30,802 nucleotides of DNA from Opitutales bacterium. Lineage in GTDB: Bacteria > Verrucomicrobiota > Verrucomicrobiia > Opitutales > UBA953. Both the position numbers and the translations under genes were made by a program. Under the pieces are notes generated by a model. It did not search any database. It saw nothing but the letters and a program-made list of their open reading frames with translations, and was not told where the DNA came from. The stretch spans positions 1 to 30,802 of the forward strand of contig JAVBUU010000064.1 in NCBI GenBank assembly GCA_031555005.1. Reading direction: 5' to 3'. Below, in pieces: positions 1-9,068 of this stretch (the first letter of the stretch is position 1; every line of letters begins with the position of its first letter).

Positions 1-1236
1 CATGAAAATGCTGATCATGCAAACGAAGACCAAGGCCACGACGCCGCCGAAAACCAGTCCGACAACGAGACGAATCATTTTTTGAATCGCTTTGTCCAAG
101 CCCTTCAAGTGCCGTTTTGCCAAAGTTTGAAAGGTGTCCGCCAAGCTGCCGGTGTTTTCGCCGACAGACAAAATATCCAAATCGCTCGGTTCTAAGATCG
201 CGTGCCGCTTGAACGCCGAGGCAAAAGCCGCACCGTCGTTTATCATCAGCCGCGCGGCGGTTAAGCGACCGCGCAGCACGCGATTGGCCACCGGGCGTTC
301 GGAGAGTTTCAGCGCCTCAGTCGTGTTCACGCCGCTGCTCAACATCGTCGCGAGCAAATCGGTTACGTTGACGGTTTCCATGTGAACAATCACCGGCCCG
401 ATAAGCGGCGCCTTCAATAACCAGCCGTCCGTTTTTTCGCGGCCGATTTCGTTTTTCCGCCAACGTGAAAGCGCGATGTAAGCGATGCCGAGGGCGAGCG
501 CGACGAAAGGGCCGCCTTTTATCAGAAAATCCGAAAACAAAATCATGCCTTTTACGACCCACGGAAATTCGCCGCCCATGTTTTCGATCAACCCCTGCAT
601 CATCGGCACGAGAAAAAACACGAACAGCGCAAGCACGCCGAACGCGACGGAGCAAACGAACAAAGGATACGAAATGCTCGAAATTATTTTGGCGCGCAGG
701 TCTTCGCGCACTTGAAACGAGGATAAAATCTTGTGCAGCACCGGCACAAGGTTGCCGGTGTTTTCGCCGGCTTCGACGAGGTAAATCGTCGAATTGTCGA
801 ACACTGCCGGGAAGCGGCTCATGGCACCGGCAATCGTCGAGCCTTCGCCGATGTCTCGCCAAAGGCTTTGGCAAAGGAAGCGCAGCGCCGGATCGCTCAC
901 GCGCTGCGAGAGGAGCTTTATGGCGTCGCCGGGCGCGAGGCCGCTTTCGTGCAGTTGAAAAAAACTGTCCGCAAAATCCCAACCGACTTTGTGCACGCCG
1001 AAAATTCGTTTTTGTTTTAAGATTTTCGGCATTTCGCCGGAGTCGAAATTTCCGCCGGCGGCGGAATCCGAATCCGCCAAAAGCGAGTTTTGAAAACCGT
1101 CGCCGGCATGAATCGAAACCACGCGAACGCCCTGCCCTGCGAGCTTGCGCGCCGCGCTCCGACGGTCTTCGGCGTCGATGCTGCCGGTGCGGGTTTTGCC
1201 GCCGGCGTCAACGGCTTTGTAGGTAAATGTCGGCAT
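1..1236 (-). CDS. gspF: Type II secretion system inner-membrane platform protein GspF (3' end truncated by the window edge)
   Basis: Absent from the ORF track because no stop lies inside the window. I translated it by hand from ATG 1236 (MPTFTYKAVDAGGKTRTGSIDAEDRRSAARKLAGQGV...). The frame continues through typical GspF/PilC segments (QLHESGLAPGDAIKLL, VEAGENTGNL, ISYPLFV, VGENTGSL) and is the same frame at position 1. It follows gspE directly. Confidence 0.93.
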   Translation of the reverse strand, partial: MPTFTYKAVDAGGKTRTGSIDAEDRRSAARKLAGQGVRVVSIHAGDGFQNSLLADSDSAAGGNFDSGEMPKILKQKRIFGVHKVGWDFADSFFQLHESGLAPGDAIKLLSQRVSDPALRFLCQSLWRDIGEGSTIAGAMSRFPAVFDNSTIYLVEAGENTGNLVPVLHKILSSFQVREDLRAKIISSISYPLFVCSVAFGVLALFVFFLVPMMQGLIENMGGEFPWVVKGMILFSDFLIKGGPFVALALGIAYIALSRWRKNEIGREKTDGWLLKAPLIGPVIVHMETVNVTDLLATMLSSGVNTTEALKLSERPVANRVLRGRLTAARLMINDGAAFASAFKRHAILEPSDLDILSVGENTGSLADTFQTLAKRHLKGLDKAIQKMIRLVVGLVFGGVVALVFVCMISIFM

Positions 1237-1258
1237 CGGAAATAATTTTTTCGGCTAA

Positions 1259-2938
1259 TTATTCTTCGTATTTTTCCGCGTAAGTCATGATTTCCTGAAC
1301 CGTCGTGACGCCGCGTTTCAATTGCTCCCAGCCGCAACGCTGCAAGGTGCGCATGCCTTCGCTCAATGCTTGTTCGCGTATTTCGCGGGCCGAGGCGCGC
1401 GTCACGATCAGGTCGTGAACTTTTTCGCTCACCGGCAAAATTTCAAAAATCCCGACGCGCCCTTTGTAGCCGATGCCCCGGCAGTGGTCGCAGCCGACCG
1501 GCTCGTAAAGCGTTTCGGTTTCACCGGCGATGTCCGGCGAGAGCCCGAGCGCCGTCAGATACGGAATCAGCGATTCGCGCGTTTTTTTCACCGGTTTCGC
1601 GCAGCGCGTGCAGAGGCGTCGGACGAGCCGTTGTGCGATGATCAGCTCGACCGACGATGCGATGAGAAACGGCTCGATGCCCATGTCCGTGAGGCGCGTG
1701 AGCGCGCCGGCGGCGTCGTTCGTGTGCAGCGTGCTCAACACCAAGTGGCCGGTGAGCGAGGCGCGGATGGCGATGTCCGCCGTTTCGCGGTCGCGAATTT
1801 CGCCGACCATGATGACGTCCGGATCTTGGCGCAAAATGCTGCGCAAAACATTCGCAAACGTGAGCCCGATTTCCGAGTGAACCTGCGTTTGGTTGACGGA
1901 CGGCACTTCGTATTCCACCGGATCTTCGACCGTCATGATGCGCAATTCGGGACGAAGAATGCGGCGGAGAAAGGAATTGAGCGTCGTGCTTTTGCCGGAA
2001 CCGGTCGGGCCGGTGACGAGGATGATGCCGTGCGGACGCTCGATTTGATGCACGATACGCGCTTCGTCATCGGCGAGAAATCCGAGGTCTTTAATCGAGA
2101 GCGGCGCGGCTTTCGTGCCGAGCAAGCGGAGCGAAACGCTTTCGCCGTGCAGCGTGGGCAGCGTCGAGACGCGGATGTCGATGTCGTCGCCGGCGTGCCG
2201 GAAATGGATGCGCCCGTCCTGCGGCCGGCGGCGTTCCGAGATGTTGAGTTTCGCCATGATTTTCAGGCGCGAAATCAACGCGGACTGAAATTTCACGAGA
2301 TTGTCCGGCAAGCGCACCGGCACGAGTTCGCCGTCGATGCGGTAGCGAATCGTGAGGGAATCTTTTTGCGGTTCGAAGTGAATGTCTGTCGCGCGGTCGC
2401 CGGCGGCCTTGGCGATAATTTCGTTAATGAAACGGATAATCGCGGCGTTTTCGTCCTCCTCTTCCTCGGCTTCGCCCTCGACGCCGAGCGACGCCAAATC
2501 CGCGCTGTCGAGCATGCCGGAGCCGACGCCGAAATTTTCCCGGATCGCGGCGTCGATTGCCTCCGGCGCGGCCATCGTCCACTCCGGCGTTTTGCCGGTG
2601 ATGGCGAGCACCCACGCGTTCATGCGCGCGTCCGACGGCCAACTCGTCACGAGGGAAATTGTATCCGGTTTTTCATTACTTACCGCGATCGGCAAGCACT
2701 GGTATTCGTGAACAATGCGAACGGGGATTTTCTTTTGCGCCTCGGGCGCGAGCGAGAAGCGGTCAACAAAAGTAATGCCGGCGCGTGACGCGATTTTTTC
2801 GGCGACGGCAATCGGGGAAAGACCGGTGATGTCCGAAATCATCGCACACCGGCGCGCGCGCGGTGCGGCGAGAATCGCGCCGGCGTTTTCCGAAGTCAGT
2901 TCGGGGAATTGTTGGCAGAGCGTTTCGAGCGCGGACAT
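1259..2938 (-). CDS. gspE: Type II secretion ATPase GspE (PulE/PilB family)
   Basis: 559 aa. Walker A GPTGSGKST, Asp box TVEDPVEY, Walker B LRQDPDVIMVGEIRD, His box GHLVLSTLHTND, and the Zn tetracysteine CTRC...CDHC. Confidence 0.96.
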   Translation of the reverse strand: MSALETLCQQFPELTSENAGAILAAPRARRCAMISDITGLSPIAVAEKIASRAGITFVDRFSLAPEAQKKIPVRIVHEYQCLPIAVSNEKPDTISLVTSWPSDARMNAWVLAITGKTPEWTMAAPEAIDAAIRENFGVGSGMLDSADLASLGVEGEAEEEEDENAAIIRFINEIIAKAAGDRATDIHFEPQKDSLTIRYRIDGELVPVRLPDNLVKFQSALISRLKIMAKLNISERRRPQDGRIHFRHAGDDIDIRVSTLPTLHGESVSLRLLGTKAAPLSIKDLGFLADDEARIVHQIERPHGIILVTGPTGSGKSTTLNSFLRRILRPELRIMTVEDPVEYEVPSVNQTQVHSEIGLTFANVLRSILRQDPDVIMVGEIRDRETADIAIRASLTGHLVLSTLHTNDAAGALTRLTDMGIEPFLIASSVELIIAQRLVRRLCTRCAKPVKKTRESLIPYLTALGLSPDIAGETETLYEPVGCDHCRGIGYKGRVGIFEILPVSEKVHDLIVTRASAREIREQALSEGMRTLQRCGWEQLKRGVTTVQEIMTYAEKYEE

Positions 2939-2964
2939 GTTTTTAAATTAATTTGTTTTTTAAT

Positions 2965-3636
2965 TTAATTGGAACGGTTGCGCCGTCTGCCGCCGCCCGA
3001 AGGATTGTTGCCGCCGGTGTTGCCGGAGGCGCTTGCGGGCGCGACGGCTTCGCCGGAAGACCCGGTATTGGCACCTGAGCTGCCGGAGCGAAAACTGCGC
3101 GGCGTGCGTTGCTGCGGTTGTTGCGGCGCGTTGCCGGCGGGCATGTTCGCTTGTTGCACCGTTCCGGTGCCGGTTGCTGTCGCGGTTGCGCCGGTTGCCG
3201 GCGTTATTGATAGAGGCGTTTCGTTCGGGTGCACCATTTCGAGGTTCAGCGAAACGCCGTCGAGCCGCACCACGGCGGTGCGTTTTTCCGGGTCTGCGGA
3301 TTCGACAAACCATTTTGCGTTTTCGTCGCGCAGTCGCACCCATCGGCATTCGCGCGTGCCGGGATTGGTGAGGCTGACTTCAAGGTTTTTGCCGTTGCCG
3401 ACGAAGCCGTGCAACTCGAGCGGTTGTTGTGCGGTGTTGCGTCTTCCGCTTACGGCGCGAAACGGCGAGTTGTTGATGAGGTTTTCGCGAAAAATTTCCG
3501 GTTTTTCCGGTGCTGTTGCCGGCGATGCCGGCGTTGCGGAGTCGGAAATGTCGTTGTCCTGCGCGCCGGCGATGACCGGCAAGCACGCGGCCAAGGCACA
3601 AAAGCGCAAAACGGAAAGGCGGCTCGGCGTTTTCAT
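2965..3636 (-). CDS. Exported protein, probable GspC/PilP-like (HR-domain) partner of the secretin
   Basis: 223 aa with an N-terminal signal peptide. A beta-rich core (LELHGFVG...RWVRLRD...AVVRLDGVSLNLEM) resembles the HR/PilP pattern, followed by a low-complexity tail. The start overlaps the gspD stop by 4 bp. The family call is partly positional. Confidence 0.6.
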   Translation of the reverse strand: MKTPSRLSVLRFCALAACLPVIAGAQDNDISDSATPASPATAPEKPEIFRENLINNSPFRAVSGRRNTAQQPLELHGFVGNGKNLEVSLTNPGTRECRWVRLRDENAKWFVESADPEKRTAVVRLDGVSLNLEMVHPNETPLSITPATGATATATGTGTVQQANMPAGNAPQQPQQRTPRSFRSGSSGANTGSSGEAVAPASASGNTGGNNPSGGGRRRNRSN

Positions 3637-6245
3637 TTTTTCTCTCCGGTCGCTGTATCTTCCTGTTGCTCGCGTTGTCCGGCGGCTTGGGTACGTTGCT
3701 TTTCGCGCAATTTTTCAAGCGCATCGTGTTCATCTTGCGTCAGGCTCAGCGCGCCGAATCGGCCGGTTTCCAAAAAGTTTTTGGCGTCCGGCGCGGTGAG
3801 CGCGCCGGGAAGGAGGCCGGGGGATTTTTCAAATTCCTCTTTGGCGTTGCCCGGTTCGATGACGTGCGGTTTCAGGACAATGATTATTTCCGTGCGCTCG
3901 TTGTCTTTGGTTTCCGGTTTGAACAATTCGCCCAAAAGCGGGATGTCGCCGAGGAGCCAGACTTTGCCGTCGGAGGTCGATTCCCGGTAAGACTGCAAGC
4001 CGGCAAGCACGATGGTTTCGTTATGCTTTGCCGTCAGGTAGGAAACGGCTTCGCGGTTCGAGATAATCGGCTGCTCGTTATTGTTAACGACCGTCTTGCC
4101 GACGATGCTTTGGATTTTTTGAAGCACGTCCAATTCGACGGAGCCGTTGGCGCCGACGCGCGGCGTGACGGTTAATTCAAGGCCGATGTTTTTATATTCC
4201 ACCGATTGGTTTTGCGTGCCGTTGTTGCTTAAATCCGTTTGCGTATTCGTAATGATCGGCTGCTGCGTGCTGACGACGATGTGCGCGTTTTTGTTGTGCG
4301 ACGTGCTGATGAGCGGCGCGGACAAAACGCGGACGTGCGTGTTGTGTTCGGCTTCATTGAAAACCATGTCGAGCGAGAGGTCTTTGATGGAGCCGGTAAT
4401 CGCAAACGGGGCTTTCCCGTTGGGAAGGTTCGGCGTGCTCGTGTTGAATTTGTAATCGCCGTTGGCGATGACGGCACCGGCGGACGGCGATGTCATGTAA
4501 CCGAGGCCGAGCGTGGAAAGCCCGCTCGCGGCTTGGTCGGCGAGCGTGACTTCGACGATGACGGCTTCGATTCGGACTTGCGCCAACTCGACGTCGATTT
4601 TCGCGACAATATCTTTGATTTGCCGAATGTCGCTCGGCGTTCCGATGACGATAAGGCTGTTGCTGCGTTCGTCGGCGGCGACGCTCAGGTATTCCGAAAA
4701 TGTGCCGGGCATTTCGCTCTCCGGCGTTTTGTTTTGTTGCGGCGGCTGGTAGTAATAGGGTCGGTTGTTGTCCGGCGCGCCGGTGCCGGCAATTTGGGCG
4801 CGCGTCGAAAAGCTGTAAGTCTTGAAAGGATTCGTTTGCTGTGCCGTGCCGGTGCCGCCGCCGCTTGAAGAACCGGCGCTCGTGACGCGTTGCGCGGTTG
4901 TGCCGGTGTTGCTCGGGCTCGATGCCTTGCGCGTGCCGAATCCTTCGAGGATCGAAAAGGCCGTCGTGACATCGACGTGTTTCAACGGGATGACTTCACC
5001 GGCGGTGTTAATCGTGTTTTCGGAATCCATGCGCGTGATGATTTCGCGCATCTTCGCTTCGTTTTGGCGGGTGGTGACGATCATGATTTGATTCGTCGTG
5101 TCGTCGGCTTCGACTGCGATGTCGCCGGGGAGAATCGATTTCAATCCGCCTTTTTGCAGCGTTTCCAGTTGTTTTTTAACTACGCCGGCGCGGACGTTTT
5201 TAAGCGGGAAAAACATGACCGAGTTCGGCGCGTCGAGGCTTGCGACGATTTTTTCGGCTTGCAGCACGGAGGCGACGGAGTCGGTGAAAAGCACCGCATT
5301 GCTCGTCGGCATGGCGATAACGCTCCCGCCGCGTTCGGTGTTGGCGAGCGGCTTCAGCACCGGCTCCACGATTTGCGCCGTGGTGTGCGAGAGCGTGAAA
5401 AGGCGCGCGATGATTCGCTCGGAAGGCGGCATCTTGGCGACGGAATCAAGATAAAGCGGGGGCGATTCGAGCGACGCTTTGACTGCCGGCGTGGCTTTCA
5501 GGAAATCGTCGCCCTGGGGGATGATGGAGACGCCGTTAATGGCCAGAAGGCTTTCGAGCGCGAGAATTGCCTTTTCCCGGGTGAGTTTTTCGGTGCCGGT
5601 GAAATTAATTTTGAGCTGCGGCAAGGTTTGCGTGCGCAAAACGGATTTGCCGGAAAATTTTTCGAGGAGCGCGATCACCTGCGGGAGCGATTCATCGACG
5701 AGGATGATCGGGCCGACGCGCTCTTCCGCCGGAGCAACGGCGGCTTGGTGACTCGGGGTGCGTTCGGCGGCGGGTTGTTCCGGCATGCCGGCGGCGGGCG
5801 TTGTCCCGGATGCCGGCACGTTGTCGCCGGTGCCGGTGAAACCGCCGCGTCCGAAACGCGGCCTGCCGGTGTTGCCGGCGGAGAAGCGTTGCGCCATCAT
5901 CGTCAGCATTGCGTCGCCGCCTTCGATGTCGATTCGCGCAATGCCGGCTTTGAGTTGGGCGATGGCGTCGGGGCGACCTTGGACGACGAGATTTTTTCCG
6001 TCTTCGGAAACGGTTGCCGTAAGCATGCCGGCCGCGCCGAAACGCGCGGTGAACATTTTGACGGAGTCGGCGACGACTTTCGGGCTGAGATGTTTGAACG
6101 TGAGCGTTTCGCTTGCCGTTGCCGGCGCGGGCTGCGTTGCGGGCTCAGGCGTGTTTTCCGGCGTTGTTTCCTGCGCGAACAGAACGGCTGTTGCCGGTGC
6201 GAGGAGGGCGGCGGCGATAAAGGTTTTCAGGGAAAAAAAGCGCAT
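3633..6245 (-). CDS. gspD: Type II secretion secretin GspD
   Basis: 870 aa. Signal peptide, N0 domain and NolW-like N repeats (VAADERSNSLIVIG, QVRIEAVIVEV), and secretin C domain (RVLSAPLIST, NIGLELTVTPRV, LLGDIPLLGELFK, RTEIIIVLKPHVI). Confidence 0.95.
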   Translation of the reverse strand: MRFFSLKTFIAAALLAPATAVLFAQETTPENTPEPATQPAPATASETLTFKHLSPKVVADSVKMFTARFGAAGMLTATVSEDGKNLVVQGRPDAIAQLKAGIARIDIEGGDAMLTMMAQRFSAGNTGRPRFGRGGFTGTGDNVPASGTTPAAGMPEQPAAERTPSHQAAVAPAEERVGPIILVDESLPQVIALLEKFSGKSVLRTQTLPQLKINFTGTEKLTREKAILALESLLAINGVSIIPQGDDFLKATPAVKASLESPPLYLDSVAKMPPSERIIARLFTLSHTTAQIVEPVLKPLANTERGGSVIAMPTSNAVLFTDSVASVLQAEKIVASLDAPNSVMFFPLKNVRAGVVKKQLETLQKGGLKSILPGDIAVEADDTTNQIMIVTTRQNEAKMREIITRMDSENTINTAGEVIPLKHVDVTTAFSILEGFGTRKASSPSNTGTTAQRVTSAGSSSGGGTGTAQQTNPFKTYSFSTRAQIAGTGAPDNNRPYYYQPPQQNKTPESEMPGTFSEYLSVAADERSNSLIVIGTPSDIRQIKDIVAKIDVELAQVRIEAVIVEVTLADQAASGLSTLGLGYMTSPSAGAVIANGDYKFNTSTPNLPNGKAPFAITGSIKDLSLDMVFNEAEHNTHVRVLSAPLISTSHNKNAHIVVSTQQPIITNTQTDLSNNGTQNQSVEYKNIGLELTVTPRVGANGSVELDVLQKIQSIVGKTVVNNNEQPIISNREAVSYLTAKHNETIVLAGLQSYRESTSDGKVWLLGDIPLLGELFKPETKDNERTEIIIVLKPHVIEPGNAKEEFEKSPGLLPGALTAPDAKNFLETGRFGALSLTQDEHDALEKLREKQRTQAAGQREQQEDTATGEKK

Positions 6246-6269
6246 GGCGTTACGTTTAAAGGGGCGGTT

Positions 6270-6821
6270 TTATTTTTTGTCGCGGAGGTGGTAAGTGGCG
6301 ATGTCGTAGGTGACGTTCAGGCTGTCGCGATTGCCGACTTCGATGCGGATGCCGGTGATTGCGAGCGGGATTTTCTGCGTGCGCAGGCGGTCGTCGAAAA
6401 CGAGCAGGCGATCCATGGGCGCGTCGCGAAAACTCATTTTCACGGAAAGAATTTGAAATGCGCCTTTGTTTTCTGTTTTCGGCGTGATGTTTTCGGCGCG
6501 CAGCATCGACGCGCGCGCGAGCGTATCGACGAGTCCTTGGAGCGTGGAGCCTTCGAGCGATTCGGCGGATTCGAGCCGTTTGACGTGTTCGGCGAGGCGC
6601 GCCTCGACGGTTTCGCGTATTTCAAGCGTGATGTCTTGGAGGGCGCATTGCTTTTCGAGGTCGTCGGATTTTTCGCGGAGCGCGCGAAATTCTTTGAAGG
6701 CGAAAAGTCCGGTCAAAATCGCCGCGACCCAGAGCGTGATTCCGGCAAGCGCGAGTTCGCGAACGGAGAAGGATTTCAGGTTGAGGCGCATGCCGGCGGA
6801 ATTGTTTTTCGGCTTTTTCAT
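6270..6821 (-). CDS. GspM/PilO-like inner-membrane assembly protein
   Basis: 183 aa. Basic N-terminus, one TM segment (ELALAGITLWVAAILTGLFAF), a coiled coil and a ferredoxin-like alpha/beta C-terminus. Lies between gspL and gspD with a 4-bp overlap with gspL. Confidence 0.65.
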   Translation of the reverse strand: MKKPKNNSAGMRLNLKSFSVRELALAGITLWVAAILTGLFAFKEFRALREKSDDLEKQCALQDITLEIRETVEARLAEHVKRLESAESLEGSTLQGLVDTLARASMLRAENITPKTENKGAFQILSVKMSFRDAPMDRLLVFDDRLRTQKIPLAITGIRIEVGNRDSLNVTYDIATYHLRDKK

Positions 6822-8050
6822 TGCGGCGGGAGCGGGGCGTTTGCCGGCGCGCCGGTGTCGTCCGGATCGGTTTGCGCAGCGGCGTTGACGGCGTCGGGCA
6901 GCGGCGTCGTGCGCGAGACGCCGAGGTTGCCGACGGTGACTTTGAGCATGAATGTCGTCCGTCCGCCGGCGGTGTTGATTTGCGGCATGGTGACTTGTTT
7001 GAAAAAGCCGGAGGCTTTCAGTTTATCGACATAATCGTTGGCTTGCGCGATTTCGTTGCAGGTGCCGTTGATTTGGATTTGCCGGTTGTCGTCGACGACG
7101 GCGCGGGTGAAGAGAATGCCCGGCGCGACCGTCGTCCGGTAATGGTTGAGCGTGGCGAGCGCGTCGAAAAACGGCACTTGGCCGGCGACCATTTGGTCGA
7201 GTTTGACGACGAGTTCGTTTTTTGATGCGATGCTTTCGACTTCTTTTTCGCGGAGCGCGATGCGCGCGGCTTCTTCTTTTACGAGGCGTCCCCGGTTGAG
7301 AACGCCGCCGAGCAGTATTGCCGCGACCAAAAACAGAAAGATGCCTGCGAAGAGGATTTTGCGGGCGATACCGGTTTGCCGGCGTGTGCGGCGCATTTGT
7401 TCGAGCCGCCGGCGTTCGCGTACGTCGGCGTGCCAAACGGCGTTTTCCGGAATGACGGCGGTTTCGATTTTTCCGTCCTTCGCGCGCCATTCGACATTGA
7501 TCGTTTTTTTTCCGTTTCCGGCGGAAGCACCGTTCCAGAAAAGGAAGTTTTCGTCGATCGCGCCGGTAAGTTTTTCGCGAAAAGTTTCAAATCCGATTTC
7601 GGCGCGCCGGCGAAGATCGTTCGAGTCGCCCGCCGGCAATTCGCACGAGAGGATTTCTTCGGGGAAAAGCGAATCGCCGGTGAAGCGCACGGCGGTGAGC
7701 GCGTGCTCGGTTACCAGAATTTTCCGGACGCCGGGTTCGCATTTCGGCGCGAGCATGAAATCCGGCACGACGTGGCCGGCGGTGTCGTAAACGCCGTTGG
7801 CACATTGCCGGAGTTGTTCGCGCACCGCGGCGTAATAAAAAATCGTTTTCCGGGCGGCGTCGGCGCGCCAGCCGTAGGCAATTTGCTCGGTCGGGAGCGG
7901 CGCGTGCGATTCGACGGCGAGCAGGACGGCGTCTTCGATTGCCGCCGGCGCGGGGTTATCGAGCGGGAGCGTTTCAAAGAAAAACAAACGTCCCGGCACC
8001 GGAAACAGGCGCGGCGGCGGGGCGGACGGATCGGAGGACGGGGCGGACAC
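6818..8050 (-). CDS. gspL: GspL-like protein (cytoplasmic domain, TM helix, PilN-like periplasmic domain)
   Basis: 410 aa from a GTG start. Cytoplasmic N-terminal region, TM segment ILFAGIFLFLVAAILLGGVL, then a PilN-type domain (QIQINGTC...ANDYVDKLKASGFFKQV...TFMLKV). Lies after gspK. Confidence 0.7.
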   Translation of the reverse strand: MSAPSSDPSAPPPRLFPVPGRLFFFETLPLDNPAPAAIEDAVLLAVESHAPLPTEQIAYGWRADAARKTIFYYAAVREQLRQCANGVYDTAGHVVPDFMLAPKCEPGVRKILVTEHALTAVRFTGDSLFPEEILSCELPAGDSNDLRRRAEIGFETFREKLTGAIDENFLFWNGASAGNGKKTINVEWRAKDGKIETAVIPENAVWHADVRERRRLEQMRRTRRQTGIARKILFAGIFLFLVAAILLGGVLNRGRLVKEEAARIALREKEVESIASKNELVVKLDQMVAGQVPFFDALATLNHYRTTVAPGILFTRAVVDDNRQIQINGTCNEIAQANDYVDKLKASGFFKQVTMPQINTAGGRTTFMLKVTVGNLGVSRTTPLPDAVNAAAQTDPDDTGAPANAPLPPQ

Positions 8051-8062
8051 GGGCGGGGATTT

Positions 8063-9064
8063 CTATTGTTGCAGCATGGCGTTCACGCGCTGCCGGGCGA
8101 TTGTAAAAGGAAAATTCGACGTGCCGCCGGGTGATGCGGAGAGGGTGACGAGCGTGTCGGTGACGAGTGCGGCGTCGCCTTTGCTTGCGCGCGTGATGAT
8201 GCGGAGTTCGAGGCAGGTGAAGCCGACTCTGTTTCCGAGCGAACTCGGCAGGCCGTCGAGCGCGAGGTCGCCGGCGTTGCGGTAAACGCGCGCCGTGCCG
8301 CCGACGTTTTCGCCGCCGCGCGCGTTCAAAACCGCGTTGAAATCAAAGCCGCCGCGCTGCGCGAGCACTTCGAGGGTTTCCGGCGATGCGGTGTTGATGT
8401 TGGGCTGCGAGGCGTTGCCGAGAAGTGATACGCTGCCCTTAAAAAGACGCCATGCGTCGGGGGCTCCGGAATCGCCGGCGTCGTCTTCGCCGAGCCCGAA
8501 GGCTTCTTTGAATCCTTTGATAAGGCGAATTTCGTCGAAACTCTTCAGCGGGCGGTTGGGCGGAACGACGTCGTCGGAATAGGCGTCGCGTTCGCCGCCG
8601 TTGAGTCGCGCGTTGTCGTCGGCGTCCGTCCAGTCGAGTAAACAGTCGGCGAGGGCGGAGGCGTCGCCGGAAATGCGGAGGTCTTCAAAATACCGGCGAA
8701 GCGCGGTCGCGCTCATCGAGGAAATGCCGAATTTGCCTGTTTCGTCGATGATTCGGACGGAGACTTCGACGCCGTCCGTGCCGGAAAACCCGGCGACGGC
8801 GAGCGGGTCGCTCCAACCTTGCGCCGGGCCGTAGAGCGCGCCGTCGGCTTGCCGGAACGCCGCGAGCACCGAAAGCGTGACTTCGAGCGCGGAAAACGCG
8901 TTGGCGCGCAGAATGTCGTCCCGGCCGCGTTGCGCTTCCCAAGCGATTTGCCGGGTCGCCGAGGCGACGATTTGCGTCGTGACCGCCGCCAGCATCGCCA
9001 GCATCACGAGCACGAGCAAAAGCGCGACGGCGGGGCGGCGGCGGATTTTATGCGGCGACGGCAT
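8063..9064 (-). CDS. gspK: Minor pseudopilin GspK
   Basis: 333 aa. Basic leader then VALLLVLVML, with GspK signatures IIDETGKF, LLDWTDADD, NRPLKSFDEIRLIKGF and NINTASPETL. Confidence 0.92.
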   Translation of the reverse strand: MPSPHKIRRRPAVALLLVLVMLAMLAAVTTQIVASATRQIAWEAQRGRDDILRANAFSALEVTLSVLAAFRQADGALYGPAQGWSDPLAVAGFSGTDGVEVSVRIIDETGKFGISSMSATALRRYFEDLRISGDASALADCLLDWTDADDNARLNGGERDAYSDDVVPPNRPLKSFDEIRLIKGFKEAFGLGEDDAGDSGAPDAWRLFKGSVSLLGNASQPNINTASPETLEVLAQRGGFDFNAVLNARGGENVGGTARVYRNAGDLALDGLPSSLGNRVGFTCLELRIITRASKGDAALVTDTLVTLSASPGGTSNFPFTIARQRVNAMLQQ

Positions 9065-9068
9065 GTTT

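Noticed and set aside
900-1337. Possible frameshift or pseudogene in gspF, since it is missing from the ORF track
   Set aside because: Manual codon-by-codon translation from 1236 through the N-terminal region stays open and is in the same frame as the C-terminus at position 1. The ORF is missing only because its stop lies outside the window.
2700-2938. c-di-GMP-binding MshEN motif in the GspE N-terminus
   Set aside because: No RLGxxL(L/V)xxG(L/I) repeat is present.
4890-7034. Long plus-strand ORFs (714 aa here; also 1322-2788, 22870-24765 and 27014-28486) and the minus-strand ORF 16548-18296
   Set aside because: These are antisense shadows of well-supported genes, expected in GC-rich DNA. 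Their translations are Arg/Gly/Ala-rich with no recognisable motifs.
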